From positions 7,323 to 71,322 of the forward strand of contig AQTY01000001.1 in assembly GCA_000372225.1 (NCBI GenBank): a stretch of DNA of 64,000 bases, given 5' to 3'. Origin of the DNA: Candidatus Nitromaritima sp. SCGC AAA288-L16 (GTDB lineage: Bacteria > Nitrospinota > Nitrospinia > Nitrospinales > VA-1). How positions within the stretch are numbered: the stretch's first letter is position 1; every line of letters starts with the position of its first letter. Below, piece after piece: positions 46,207 through 56,352 of this stretch. Under the pieces are notes generated by a model that ran no database searches, was not told the DNA's origin, and was given only the letters and a program-made list of their open reading frames with translations. The translations under genes were made by a program, and so were the position numbers.

Positions 46207-46659
46207 ATGGATTTAATTGCAATAGCTTCTGACCACGGTGGTTTTTCCCTTAAGGTGGATATTGTTTCATTTCTTAAAGAATTAGGTTATGAAGTAAATG
46301 ATATGGGGCCTAAAAACCAAAACTCGGTTGATTACCCAGATTATGGTATTAGAATCGCTCAAGCTGTGACCCAAAATACTGATTCTCGAGGAATTGTTAT
46401 TTGCGGTACAGGGATTGGAATGTCCATAGTTGTTAATCGTTTTCCTGGTATCAGGGGAACGTTATGCTCAGACTTATATACAGCAAAATTATGCCGTGGA
46501 CACAACGATTCAAATATTCTAATTATGGGTGGGCGTGTTGTGGGTCATGGTTTAGCTAGAGAAATAGTAAAGGTTTGGCTCAGCACACCCTTCGATGGTG
46601 GACGTCACCAGAAACGTCTTGATAAAATTAACCAATTTGACAAATCCAATAAAATATAA
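46207..46659 (+). CDS. rpiB: ribose-5-phosphate isomerase B
   Basis: 150 aa with IAIASDHGG and [10 protein letters not shown] motifs. Confidence 0.9.
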   Translation: MDLIAIASDHGGFSLKVDIVSFLKELGYEVNDMGPKNQNSVDYPDYGIRIAQAVTQNTDSRGIVICGTGIGMSIVVNRFPGIRGTLCSDLYTAKLCRGHNDSNILIMGGRVVGHGLAREIVKVWLSTPFDGGRHQKRLDKINQFDKSNKI

Positions 46660-46672
46660 GGAGAAAGTTATT

Positions 46673-47920
46673 GTGCTAGAGGAATTTGATCCTGAAATAT
46701 CAGATGCTGTCAAAGGTGAGCTTGAGCGAGAGGCTTATTCCCTTGAAATGATCGCCTCAGAAAACTTTGTAAGCAAAGCTGTAATGGAGGCGTTGGGATC
46801 TGTCCTGACTAACAAATATGCTGAAGGTTACCCTGGGAAGCGCTACTATGGAGGTTGTGAGCATGTAGATATCGTCGAAAATCTAGCCATAGAACGGGCA
46901 AAAAAGCTTTTTAATGCAGAGCATGCAAATGTTCAACCACATTCGGGCTCACAAGCTAATATGGCGGTTTACCATACATTACTTCAACCAGGGGATACCA
47001 TTTTAGGTATGAATTTGTCCCATGGTGGTCACTTGACCCATGGCTGCCCGGTTAATTTTTCTGGTTATACGTATCAAGTGGTTCCGTATGGTGTGAATCA
47101 AGATACTGAGTTGATAGATTATGAACAGGTCTTAGAACTTGCCAAAGAACATAAACCAAAGTTAATTATTGTTGGTGGGAGTGCCTACCCAAGAATTATT
47201 GATGCTTTAAAATTTAGAGAAATAGCCGATGAGGTTGGTGCTAGTATTATGACTGATATTGCGCATCCCGCAGGCTTAGTTGCTGCCGGATTGTACCCCT
47301 CTCCAATTCCTTATTCAGAATTCGTAACGACTACCACTCATAAAACTCTGCGCGGTCCACGTGGTGGTATGATTTTATGCAAAGAAAAATACGCTAAGAA
47401 TGTAAATAAAAAAATATTTCCTGGCATTCAGGGGGGCCCTCTTATGCACGTGATCGCTGCTAAGGCAGTCGCCTTTAAAGAGGCTCTCGAAAGTAACTTT
47501 ATATCCTATCAAAAACAGGTTATTTCAAATGCGAAACGTTTATCAGGGTGCTTGGCTTCGGCTGGATTTAAAATAGTGAGTGGTGGTACTGACACTCACT
47601 TAATATTAGTAGACCTATCTAATAAAAATATTACAGGAAAAGCTGCTGAAGAGGCTCTTGATTTAGCAGGGATAACTGTTAACAAAAACACCGTTCCTTT
47701 TGAAACGAGAAGCCCATTTGTTACTTCTGGAATTCGTATAGGAACACCTGCTCTTACTACACGGGGTATGAAAAATAGGGAAATGGATATGATTGCTGAT
47801 ATGATTGTTCAAACTCTGGAGCATATTGACGAACCTTCATTCCATAATCAGACTCGAGAAAATATAAGAGAATTTTGCGAGCAGTTTCCACTTTATGCAG
47901 AACTTACTAATCAAGATTAG
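46673..47920 (+). CDS. glyA: serine hydroxymethyltransferase
   Basis: The ORF is open from 46595. GTG 46673 is preferred because AAGGAG lies upstream, it avoids overlap with rpiB, and it gives ~415 aa. Motifs: [13 protein letters not shown] and [14 protein letters not shown]. Confidence 0.95.
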   Translation: MLEEFDPEISDAVKGELEREAYSLEMIASENFVSKAVMEALGSVLTNKYAEGYPGKRYYGGCEHVDIVENLAIERAKKLFNAEHANVQPHSGSQANMAVYHTLLQPGDTILGMNLSHGGHLTHGCPVNFSGYTYQVVPYGVNQDTELIDYEQVLELAKEHKPKLIIVGGSAYPRIIDALKFREIADEVGASIMTDIAHPAGLVAAGLYPSPIPYSEFVTTTTHKTLRGPRGGMILCKEKYAKNVNKKIFPGIQGGPLMHVIAAKAVAFKEALESNFISYQKQVISNAKRLSGCLASAGFKIVSGGTDTHLILVDLSNKNITGKAAEEALDLAGITVNKNTVPFETRSPFVTSGIRIGTPALTTRGMKNREMDMIADMIVQTLEHIDEPSFHNQTRENIREFCEQFPLYAELTNQD

Positions 47921-47926
47921 CAGAAA

Positions 47927-48394
47927 ATGAAATGTCCTTCCTGCGCAAACCTTGAAAATCGAGTTATTGATTCTCGTTTAAACAAAGAGGGTAATAGTAC
48001 TCGCAGGCGACGTGAATGCCTTAGCTGTAACGAGCGTTTTACTACCTATGAACGGGTTGAAAAAACCCTCCCCTATATTATCAAGAAGGACGGTCGCAGG
48101 GAAGAATTTGATCGCGAAAAAATATTGTCAGGTGTTAAGAAGGCCTGCCAAAAAAGGCCGGTTAGTATTAAACAAATGGAAATGCTAGTAGATAATGTTG
48201 AGCAATACTGTCAGGATTTAGGAGATAAAGAAATTTCAGCAGTTATCGCTGGAGAAAAAATAGTAAAAGAACTCTACAATCTAGATGATGTGGCTTATGT
48301 TAGATTTGCCTCTGTATACAGGTCATTTAAAGACGTAAATGAATTCATGGTTGAGCTTAAGGACATACTTAAAAATAAAGAAAATGATAAATAA
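47927..48394 (+). CDS. nrdR: transcriptional repressor NrdR
   Basis: 155 aa with MKCPSC...VIDSR...RRRECLSC (zinc ribbon) followed by an ATP-cone. Confidence 0.95.
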   Translation: MKCPSCANLENRVIDSRLNKEGNSTRRRRECLSCNERFTTYERVEKTLPYIIKKDGRREEFDREKILSGVKKACQKRPVSIKQMEMLVDNVEQYCQDLGDKEISAVIAGEKIVKELYNLDDVAYVRFASVYRSFKDVNEFMVELKDILKNKENDK

Positions 48395-48534
48395 CTAGGA
48401 CCTAAAACAGGTCAACGTTTACGCGCGTATACCCAGTAAAATATCACTTTAATTTCCCTCCCGATCCTCCTTTAGGACCTGTTGAATCCATTAATACAAA
48501 ATGTTACGATGGTTCTTATTGTTTCTAAATTGTC

Positions 48535-49374
48535 GTGGCAGCACCATGTCAGGGGCCATTTTGTATTATTCGGGTATCATTTATGGCAAATATTACCTTT
48601 AATTCTACTTTGCTTATCTATCTCATTGCCACGCTAGGGTACACAATCTACCTGGTTGACCGAAAGCCTATAGTAAAATCAATTTCTTTTTTTTCTCTGG
48701 GATTGGGACTGTTATCTCACACAATCACTATATGTCTCCGTTCAATGGAAACAGGTCACGGTCCATATACAACGGGTTTTGAAATTACGTTGTTTTTTGC
48801 ATGGGTTATAGTTGTTATTTTTTTTATTACAGAATGGAAATACAAGATAAAAGATTTGGGTGCCTTTGTTATTCCGGTTGTATTTATAATTCTTTTATAT
48901 TCAGCATTCCAATCCCGAGAACATTCATTGATAGACGAATCATCAACTATGTTCTGGCTAACGATACATCGCACACTATCCATTATTGGCTATGCAGCAT
49001 TCGCAATCGCGTTTGGTGCTGCTGTCATGTATCTTATTCAGGAGAATCAGGTTAAAAACAAAAAACTTGGCGTTATGTACTTTAGAATGCCATCGCTCGA
49101 GGTTCTAGATAATTTGAACTACAAAGTCATTGCTCTTGGATTTCCTCTATTCACTCTTGGTTTTATGACAGGCTCTATCTGGAATATCAAAACAGATGAA
49201 TCATTATTTTCATGGGATATAATGAGAACCTGGCCTCTCATAGCTGTTTGGATGATTTATTGCGGTATTTTTTTTGGAAGGCTTCTAGTAGGTTGGCGCG
49301 GTAAAAAAGCTGCTCAAGGTGCTATTCTTGGGTTTGTTGCTATAATTTTTTCTTATTTTTTCCACGTGGTGTAG
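48535..49374 (+). CDS. cytochrome c assembly protein CcsA/HemX-like
   Basis: 279 aa; the alternative start ATG 48583 is in frame. It is a polytopic protein with the WLTIHR and GSIWN(W-rich) pattern, in the usual position upstream of hemA. Confidence 0.75.
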   Translation: MAAPCQGPFCIIRVSFMANITFNSTLLIYLIATLGYTIYLVDRKPIVKSISFFSLGLGLLSHTITICLRSMETGHGPYTTGFEITLFFAWVIVVIFFITEWKYKIKDLGAFVIPVVFIILLYSAFQSREHSLIDESSTMFWLTIHRTLSIIGYAAFAIAFGAAVMYLIQENQVKNKKLGVMYFRMPSLEVLDNLNYKVIALGFPLFTLGFMTGSIWNIKTDESLFSWDIMRTWPLIAVWMIYCGIFFGRLLVGWRGKKAAQGAILGFVAIIFSYFFHVV

Positions 49375-49376
49375 CA

Positions 49377-50651
49377 ATGGCTGAAGTAAACCTTATACTT
49401 GTTGGCGTGAATCATAAAACAACTCCTGTTGAAATTCGGGAGAAACTTGCTTTTACAAAAGGTAAGATAGAGCAATCTGTTGATCATCTTTTTAACTTTC
49501 CCGACATAATAGAACATACCATATTATCTACCTGCAATCGGGTTGAGATCTACGCGCGAGCAAATTGTCAGGATTCTGCAATTAAATCCATAAAGCAATT
49601 TATCTGCGACTTTCATGAGTTATCACCAGTTGAGCTGGAAGATCACTTTTATAGCTACAGAAATAAAGAAGCTGTAGAGCATTTGTTTCGTGTATCTTCT
49701 TCCTTGGATTCAATGATATTAGGCGAAGCCCAAATTCTTGGTCAGGTAAAAGAAGCATATAGTTTGGCGAGAGACCTTAGGTCTACAGGACTTGTTCTTA
49801 ATCAGCTCTTCGAAAAAGCATTTAGTATTGCTAAAAAAGTGCGTGAAGAAACAGGTATCGCCGAGCGAAGCGTATCTATTAGTTCGGCTGCTGTTGAACT
49901 AGCTCAGAAAATATTTGACGATTTAGAAAACCGCACCGTAATGTTAGTTGGCACTGGAGAAATGGCAGAGCTTGCAGCAAAGCATTTGATCTCATATGGA
50001 GTTAAGACTATTTATGTTACAAGTAGGACCTATGACCGTGCAGTCAATTTAGCCAGAACGCTTAATGGGTCGGCCTTAGATTTTGAGACCTTTAAAAATG
50101 AACTACATCGCGCTGATATAGTCATTACCTCTACCTCAGCACCAAATTTTATCATTAAAAAAGAGATGGTCGAAAAAGCGATTCATGAAAGAAAGAACAA
50201 ACCTATATTTTTTATAGATATTGCAGTTCCGCGAGATATAGAACCAGATGTAAATGATTTAGAAAATATATATCTATACGATATCGATGATCTGCAGGTG
50301 GTGGTCTCTGCAAATATGAAGGAACGCGAAAAAGAAGCCGAAAATGCCATGAATTTTATTAGCCAGGAAGTTACTAAGTTTAATAATTGGGTTGGAACTC
50401 TAGATGCTGTTCCTACAATAGTTGAAATTCGCAAGAAAGCAGAAAATATTCGCATGCAAGAGATAGAAAAAACTTTAAAGAAAATTTCTCATCTCTCAGA
50501 AGATGATAAAAAATTACTTCGCCAAATGAGCAGTTCAATGGTCAACAAAATATTGCACAAACCCACTATAAAGTTGAAGCAGAAAACCCAATCTGAAGAT
50601 GGCCATGTTTATCTTAAGGCTATTCGGCACCTTTTTCACCTAGATGATTGA
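49377..50651 (+). CDS. hemA: glutamyl-tRNA reductase
   Basis: 424 aa with STCNRVEIY, GEAQILGQVK and VGTGEMAEL motifs. Confidence 0.95.
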   Translation: MAEVNLILVGVNHKTTPVEIREKLAFTKGKIEQSVDHLFNFPDIIEHTILSTCNRVEIYARANCQDSAIKSIKQFICDFHELSPVELEDHFYSYRNKEAVEHLFRVSSSLDSMILGEAQILGQVKEAYSLARDLRSTGLVLNQLFEKAFSIAKKVREETGIAERSVSISSAAVELAQKIFDDLENRTVMLVGTGEMAELAAKHLISYGVKTIYVTSRTYDRAVNLARTLNGSALDFETFKNELHRADIVITSTSAPNFIIKKEMVEKAIHERKNKPIFFIDIAVPRDIEPDVNDLENIYLYDIDDLQVVVSANMKEREKEAENAMNFISQEVTKFNNWVGTLDAVPTIVEIRKKAENIRMQEIEKTLKKISHLSEDDKKLLRQMSSSMVNKILHKPTIKLKQKTQSEDGHVYLKAIRHLFHLDD

Positions 50652-51575
50652 ATGAAAGCCGAAAAAATTGTTATAGGAAGCAGAGGAAGTCAATTAGCCC
50701 TTTGGCAAGCGAACTGGGTTAAATCTGAATTAGAACGCTTGCATTCTAATGCGGATATTGACATCCGTGTTATTTCAACTAGCGGCGATAAAATTCAAGA
50801 CGTTCCACTTTCAAAAATAGGAGGAAAGGGTTTATTCGTTAAAGAAATTGAAGAAGCATTATTGGCTAATGAAATAGATCTTGCAGTTCACAGTATGAAG
50901 GATGTCCCAATGGAACTTCCAACAGAATTAGGAATTTCGGTTATTACGAAACGTGAAAACCCGTTGGATGCGCTGATTTCAAATAATGGTGAAAAATTAG
51001 CTGATCTTCCACAGGGGGCAACTATTGGGACGAGTAGTCTACGACGATCATCACAGTTATTAAAATATAGAGACGACTTTAAAATACATCCTTTAAGAGG
51101 TAACGTTGATACTAGACTTAGAAAAGTTGAAGAAGGAAAATATGACGCAATTTTGTTGGCCTCGGCAGGTCTTAACAGATTAGGTTGGGCTAATCTTATA
51201 ACTGAAGAAATATCTCATGATATTTTGTTGCCGGCGATGGGGCAGGGCGCCCTGGGTATAGAAACTCGACTCGATGATACGATGATCTATGATTTTATAT
51301 CTACTTTAAATCATGAGCAGACCCACTATGCAGTGAGCGCAGAAAGAGCCTTAGTTGCTAGATTAGATGGTGGATGTCAAGTTCCGATTGGTGCGTATGC
51401 AAGAATAGAGAAAGGTCTTATTACACTTAAAGGACTAGTCGCCAGTCTTGATGGCGAAGTTATCTATAAGCTAGAGAATGTTGGACCTGTTGATGATGCT
51501 ATTAATATTGGTCAAGAACTTGGGTCCAAGCTTTTAAAAATGGGAGCAAATGAGATCCTTGAAAAACTAATCTAA
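50652..51575 (+). CDS. hemC: porphobilinogen deaminase (hydroxymethylbilane synthase)
   Basis: 307 aa with IGSRGSQLALWQA, HSMKDVP, RGNVDTRL and GGCQVPIG motifs. Confidence 0.95.
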   Translation: MKAEKIVIGSRGSQLALWQANWVKSELERLHSNADIDIRVISTSGDKIQDVPLSKIGGKGLFVKEIEEALLANEIDLAVHSMKDVPMELPTELGISVITKRENPLDALISNNGEKLADLPQGATIGTSSLRRSSQLLKYRDDFKIHPLRGNVDTRLRKVEEGKYDAILLASAGLNRLGWANLITEEISHDILLPAMGQGALGIETRLDDTMIYDFISTLNHEQTHYAVSAERALVARLDGGCQVPIGAYARIEKGLITLKGLVASLDGEVIYKLENVGPVDDAINIGQELGSKLLKMGANEILEKLI

Positions 51576-51593
51576 TAATAAAATAAGGTTCTT

Positions 51594-52433
51594 GTGACTA
51601 AAACACCTAGCAAGGAGCAAATTAATAATCTCATTACAAGTGCACTCGATGAAGACATTGGTTTGGGTGATATTACTTCACAGTCCATTGTATCGCCTGC
51701 TGAGATATATGCTGCCGAAGTTCTAACTCGAGGAAATATTGTTTTATGCGGATTGGATATATTGAAATCCGTTTTTTTTAAATTGGATCCTGATGTTAGT
51801 TTTTTAGATGATTGTTTTAGTGATGGTGACAACATAAAGAGTAATACCAAAATTTTAGGCATTAAGGGTAAGGGCATAGCTCTTTTAGAAGGGGAAAGAG
51901 TCGCGCTAAATATTCTCCAGCGGCTTTGCGGTATTGCTACTTTAACTAAACAATATGTTGAAAAAGCAGACCCCGTGCAAATATTGGATACCCGAAAAAC
52001 AACCCCCGGACTTCGTTCGTTTGAAAAATATGCTGTTTATTGTGGAGGGGGAAAGAATCACCGGTTTGGCCTATATGATGCGGTTCTTATAAAAGATAAC
52101 CACATCAAGGTTTCAGGTGGAATTATTCATGCCGTAAATAAAGTGAAAAAAAGACATAATAATTCGATTCAAATCGAAGTTGAAACTACCACGCTTGCTG
52201 AAGTAAGGGAGGCGATTGAAGCCAAGAGTGATATTATTATGCTCGATAACATGTCCATAGAAAATATAAAAAAAGCAGTTAATATAATTGATGGAAGGGC
52301 GTGCATCGAGGTTTCAGGATCTATATCAATTGATCAATTGAACATGCTCTCTCAAATAAACATTGACTATATTTCCATTGGCGCGCTTACCCACTCATCT
52401 AAGGCTTCCGACATTAGCATGAACTTTCTATAA
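51594..52433 (+). CDS. nadC: nicotinate-nucleotide pyrophosphorylase (carboxylating)
   Basis: 279 aa with a GTG start. Motifs: GERVALNILQRLCGIAT, TRKTTPGLR, KDNHI, LDNM. Confidence 0.95.
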   Translation: MTKTPSKEQINNLITSALDEDIGLGDITSQSIVSPAEIYAAEVLTRGNIVLCGLDILKSVFFKLDPDVSFLDDCFSDGDNIKSNTKILGIKGKGIALLEGERVALNILQRLCGIATLTKQYVEKADPVQILDTRKTTPGLRSFEKYAVYCGGGKNHRFGLYDAVLIKDNHIKVSGGIIHAVNKVKKRHNNSIQIEVETTTLAEVREAIEAKSDIIMLDNMSIENIKKAVNIIDGRACIEVSGSISIDQLNMLSQINIDYISIGALTHSSKASDISMNFL

Positions 52434-52457
52434 ACAACGTATAAATCCAATTTCATT

Positions 52458-52874
52458 ATGCCTTGTAACGACACTACAGCAGAAATCACAATACATCTTG
52501 ATGAAAATGACTGCCTGATTGATTTCACATTTTCTAAAATCACTTGCAACAAAGAAATTGGTGGTAGTACTGGATTTCTTGAATACTGTAGAGGGAAGCC
52601 TGCGCAAGAAATACTGAGTTTGGAAATTAGTGAGCTTCTTGATTTTTTTTCCCCCGAATCTGACGAGGATCAGTTTCTTTTATATATGGAATGGGAAGCT
52701 TTACAAGCAGCTATCGCACAATTATTAGGTATTTCAATTAATAATAAAAGGTATCAAATAGCTTCAATTAGTTGTGATGAAAGCGGTACAACCATTAATC
52801 AAGTGATGTCTCCCCTCAAAGAAATGCCTAAAATTATTTCCTGCTTCAAACATGAGAAGAATTCACCAAAATAA
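52458..52874 (+). CDS. hypothetical protein (faint IscU/NifU N-terminal-like pattern)
   Basis: 138-aa ORF. ITIHLDENDCLIDFTFSKITCNKEIGGSTGFLEYCRGKPAQEIL loosely recalls the scaffold fold. This is not a confident assignment. Confidence 0.45.
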   Translation: MPCNDTTAEITIHLDENDCLIDFTFSKITCNKEIGGSTGFLEYCRGKPAQEILSLEISELLDFFSPESDEDQFLLYMEWEALQAAIAQLLGISINNKRYQIASISCDESGTTINQVMSPLKEMPKIISCFKHEKNSPK

Positions 52875-52875
52875 G

Positions 52876-53316
52876 CTAATCTTGATAAAGTCTAACGGGT
52901 CTTAAGTAACCTTGCGAAAAATCTTGGTCAAACTGTTGGGAAATACCACTGGAATATGAAAAGTAAAATGCCGCTTGTTGATCAAATGGCATACACCAAG
53001 AACCATTTCCGCCACCTGATTCAAAAACTGGGTCAATATGGAGTTCTTGGTTGGAACGTCCTATAATAATCTTATCTGAAAGAAAGAGCTTTTCTATTTC
53101 ATCTTTTTCTGGAATACGCCAATCATGAAAACCCAAGAAGTCTTTTTTATTGATCTCATCCACCCAACTTATGGCCTCTTGAAAGGTTAACCAGTCTTGA
53201 TAGGTTTGAAATGAATCTTTCTGACACCAACACAATCCTGTTTCATTATCGGTAATCGTTCCATCTTGGTTATCCAAAAACCTATTCTTAGGAATTCCTA
53301 AGTTTTTATTCTCCAC
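52876..53316 (-). CDS. DUF1566 (Lcl C-terminal domain) protein
   Basis: 146 aa with DGTITDNETGLCWCQKDS...TFQEAISWV...GFHDWRIPEKDEIEKLF, the typical DUF1566 pattern. Confidence 0.7.
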   Translation of the reverse strand: MENKNLGIPKNRFLDNQDGTITDNETGLCWCQKDSFQTYQDWLTFQEAISWVDEINKKDFLGFHDWRIPEKDEIEKLFLSDKIIIGRSNQELHIDPVFESGGGNGSWCMPFDQQAAFYFSYSSGISQQFDQDFSQGYLRPVRLYQD

Positions 53317-53425
53317 GACTACCCCGCAATATTAAATTATTTATAACCACCAACTAATCGGTTATATTATCTTATCTTGCAATATTTGTGAAGAGTGGGG
53401 ATCCGTCAAATTTTAAAAATCTAAT

Positions 53426-53977
53426 ATGCTTATAAAAATTTTTTGTAACTACGTTCTAATTTCATTTTTCACTATTGTCATGTTCCCAGGCTTAATCGAT
53501 GCTAGTAACTGTGGTGACACAATCAAGCCACTCTCGTATTTTGATGAGGTCTCCCAATACTCTTTGCTCCTATGTTTTGGATTGTTTGTAATTGGTATAC
53601 TTATAGATAAAAAGCCTTGGAAAGTCACAGCGCTATCTTCATCTATCCTGCCATTAGCTCTGTGGGGGTACGTACAATTTATGGTCGATTTTACCGACCT
53701 TAAAAAAAATGTTTTTGCTTACAATGCTCTTGCCGAGGGAACACTTGCTAATATTGCTGAAGCACAGGACCGGTATAAATCGGAGCAGGGTGTATTTCTG
53801 AAAGATTTACAAGAGCTCTATTCGCATGTAGCTGGATCGCATGGTATAAACCCGTGTGTTCGAATTCTTAAAATTAATGCTGGTTTTAATCAATGGATTG
53901 CTGAGGCAAAACATGTATCAAGTCCTGACACTATAAAATGGGACAGTAGTTCAGGAAGTTCGTTAAAGAAAGGATGA
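53426..53977 (+). CDS. hypothetical membrane protein with pilin-like C-terminal pattern
   Basis: 183 aa with hydrophobic N-terminal segments. The C-terminal ANIAEAQDRYKSEQGVFLKDLQELY resembles pilin/pseudopilin head domains, but no prepilin cleavage motif is seen. Confidence 0.4.
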   Translation: MLIKIFCNYVLISFFTIVMFPGLIDASNCGDTIKPLSYFDEVSQYSLLLCFGLFVIGILIDKKPWKVTALSSSILPLALWGYVQFMVDFTDLKKNVFAYNALAEGTLANIAEAQDRYKSEQGVFLKDLQELYSHVAGSHGINPCVRILKINAGFNQWIAEAKHVSSPDTIKWDSSSGSSLKKG

Positions 53978-54080
53978 TGGAGTTTAACTTCGAATAGTTG
54001 ATTTTCCAAGATTCACTCTATTCTCGGACATGCGCTACATTATTATAGGAATTCATATAAAAAATCTATAGGGACCAGCA

Positions 54081-54608
54081 ATGAATGAAAATAATTTAGA
54101 TCAAAGTGAATTAGATAGAGAGATGATCCTTGATCTTTTTTACACAACCAACGGCAATTTAGATGAAATTAACCGAACCATAGATGAAAAACTTAAAATA
54201 AAGGGATTTCGAAAAATCACTCTTTTTGAAGAGTTTGTGAAAAATCGTCTGGCTGTCAATCCCCATATTTTTAAAATGCCTAAAATGGAAGTATCAACCA
54301 TCGAATGTATTTATTTGTGTCAGTATACAGCGATAAAGGATATTGAGGTGTTAGATCTACGAAAAAATTATGTGGGCGACGAAGGAGTTGAGGCAATAGC
54401 CCTGTCACCTTTATTGAGTAAACTACGGGAGTTGGATTTGCGAAATAATGGAATTACTAGGTTAGGAGCTAAAATGCTCGCAGAGTCAAAAACATTAGAA
54501 TGTTTAGAAAAAATTGACCTGAGATTGAACAAATTAGGAAAACGCTGGGAAGAAAAATTTAACGAAGCAGGAAACTTCAAGAAGCTAAACCATATTAAAA
54601 CAATTTAA
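54081..54608 (+). CDS. leucine-rich repeat protein, RI type (short)
   Basis: 175 aa. The C-terminal half has ~28-aa repeats: VLDLRKNYVGDEGVEAIA...LRELDLRNNGITRLGAKMLA...LEKIDLRLNKLG. Confidence 0.7.
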   Translation: MNENNLDQSELDREMILDLFYTTNGNLDEINRTIDEKLKIKGFRKITLFEEFVKNRLAVNPHIFKMPKMEVSTIECIYLCQYTAIKDIEVLDLRKNYVGDEGVEAIALSPLLSKLRELDLRNNGITRLGAKMLAESKTLECLEKIDLRLNKLGKRWEEKFNEAGNFKKLNHIKTI

Positions 54609-54612
54609 GTTT

Positions 54613-54924
54613 TTATAAAAGAATCATATTTTTGGTTTCTTTTACTTTTTGAACAATTTTGTCAGCCAATTCTTCGGATTTTATCTGGTAAGAACCATTA
54701 GCTAGAATCTCACGGTATTTTTTCACTAGATCATATCGAACATCAGAAACTATACGTTCTTTGTTTTTTAAAGATTTTCCTTTGTGTGACTCGGACAGCG
54801 AAATCCGATCAGGTTTAGTTTCATTCCTAGTATTGCTAATAGCTTTTTTTGTTGACTTTAAAGTGAATTCTTGACCAGCAGAATTTCTTTCATTGGTTTT
54901 TTGAACTATGTTTAGTTTGTTCAT
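54613..54924 (-). CDS. flgM: anti-sigma-28 factor FlgM
   Basis: 103 aa. The C-terminal VRYDLVKKYREILANGSYQIKSEELADKIV matches the FlgM pattern. It lies immediately downstream of flagellin. Confidence 0.7.
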   Translation of the reverse strand: MNKLNIVQKTNERNSAGQEFTLKSTKKAISNTRNETKPDRISLSESHKGKSLKNKERIVSDVRYDLVKKYREILANGSYQIKSEELADKIVQKVKETKNMILL

Positions 54925-54934
54925 TGTTTTACCT

Positions 54935-55789
54935 TTACGATGGTAGAAGTTGTATTACACCTTGTGGAAACAAGTTTGCCTGCCCGATCATTGAAGACGA
55001 TGATTGTACTAGAATCTGTTGTTTTGTTAAGTGAGCAAATTCTGATGCCATATCGGCATCACTTATTATTGAACCAGCCGCAGTTAAATTTTCTGCGGAA
55101 GTAAGGGCATTATTTAAAGTTTTTTCGAGTCTATTTTGTGTTGAACCAAGTCGTCCTCTAATTTTGTTTAAGCTATTCATAGATACTTGCAACTCATTAT
55201 TTGCTGCAACTGCACCATCCTGAGTGGTAATAGAAAGAGCGCTTAAGTTTAAACTTAGCGATGTTAGTGATGTAACATTAACAGCTGTATTTATATTAAT
55301 ATTGCTGTCATCTTTAGAGTCTAATCCAAATTGTAGTGACATATGATTTGATGCAGACGAGGCTAAGGTGCCATCTAACAATTTAATCCCATTAAACTCG
55401 GTGGTTTTTGAAATCCTATTCAATTCAGTCCTCATTGCATCAAATTCGAGGTTAGTTGATTGACGCTCGGTTGCTCCAATGGTACCAGTTGCGGATTGTT
55501 GCGATAATTCTCTCATTCGAATAAGAATAGAAGCTTGTTCACTGATAGCCCCATCGACAACATTGAGAAGAGATATACCTTCATTCAGGTTACGCACTCC
55601 TTGTCTTAAGGTTCTTGCATCGGACCTTAGAGCTTCGGAGGTCATCATACCTGCAGAATCATCTGCACTTTTTAGGATTCTCTGCCCAGAAGATATGCGA
55701 GAAAAAACCTGGCTAAGTTTATTATTGTTTTCGCCTAATAAACGTTGGGCAGAATATGAAACAAGATTATTGTAAATTCGTAGAGCCAA
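54935..55789 (-). CDS. fliC: flagellin (short, ~284 aa)
   Basis: The ORF is open to 55834. TTG 55789 is preferred because GGAGGA lies 9 nt upstream, giving MALRIYNN. It has the N-domain motif ISSGQRILKSADDSAGM and the conserved C-domain ending QANLFPQGVIQLL. Confidence 0.9.
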   Translation of the reverse strand: MALRIYNNLVSYSAQRLLGENNNKLSQVFSRISSGQRILKSADDSAGMMTSEALRSDARTLRQGVRNLNEGISLLNVVDGAISEQASILIRMRELSQQSATGTIGATERQSTNLEFDAMRTELNRISKTTEFNGIKLLDGTLASSASNHMSLQFGLDSKDDSNININTAVNVTSLTSLSLNLSALSITTQDGAVAANNELQVSMNSLNKIRGRLGSTQNRLEKTLNNALTSAENLTAAGSIISDADMASEFAHLTKQQILVQSSSSMIGQANLFPQGVIQLLPS

Positions 55790-55915
55790 TGTTCTGATTC
55801 CTCCATGAAACAGAAAAACGGATATTGAGCTCACATTGATACTACATTCCTAATCTGAGAATATTTTTAATGTGAGGATATGCGGGTTAGTCTCCATACT
55901 ATCCCACAACTGTTT

Positions 55916-55942
55916 AGTACGGCAAATAATGATATTACTTTA
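55916..55942 (-). promoter_or_regulatory. candidate sigma-28 (FliA) promoter of the flagellin gene
   Basis: The minus strand reads TAAAGTAA-N11-GCCGTACT, versus the enterobacterial consensus TAAAGTTT-N11-GCCGATAA. It lies ~125 nt upstream of the flagellin start. Confidence 0.5.
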
Positions 55943-56103
55943 GCGATAAACCTGTTAAAAAATATTTTTTTCACTTACAACTAATAAACCTATATTCTAG
56001 AGTGATTTAAAGTTAACCATCACACGCATTAATATTATAGGTAGAAGATGAGATGCCGTATTATTAATCCATACTCCAACAAACTATTTAAATAGGGAGA
56101 TCA

Positions 56104-56310
56104 ATGAATAACATACTTAATGTTGATGGAATTACTTGCGAGCATTGCGTTGATACAATAAAAGAAGCTGTGGGAATCCTAGATGGGGTATTCAGCGTTG
56201 ACGTGGATATAGAAAAAAAACAAGTCGTTGTGGAGTATGATGAAAAACTGGCGAAAGCAGAAGATTTAATAGATAAAATAGAGGAGGTCGGGTTTCAGAT
56301 CAGAATGTGA
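56104..56310 (+). CDS. copZ: heavy-metal-associated (HMA) domain metallochaperone
   Basis: 68 aa with the GITCEHC metal-binding motif near the N-terminus and a length fitting a ferredoxin-like fold. Confidence 0.8.
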   Translation: MNNILNVDGITCEHCVDTIKEAVGILDGVFSVDVDIEKKQVVVEYDEKLAKAEDLIDKIEEVGFQIRM

Positions 56311-56352
56311 GTTTTTCAACTGTATTTTAAATGGTAGGTTTTTTTACATTCT

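Noticed and set aside
48396-48483. 8-nt long-range complementarity (AACAGGTC ... GACCTGTT) and repeated AGGACCT between nrdR and the ccsA-like gene
   Set aside because: The pairing is short and does not extend. No T-tract or known RNA motif is present, so it is compatible with chance.
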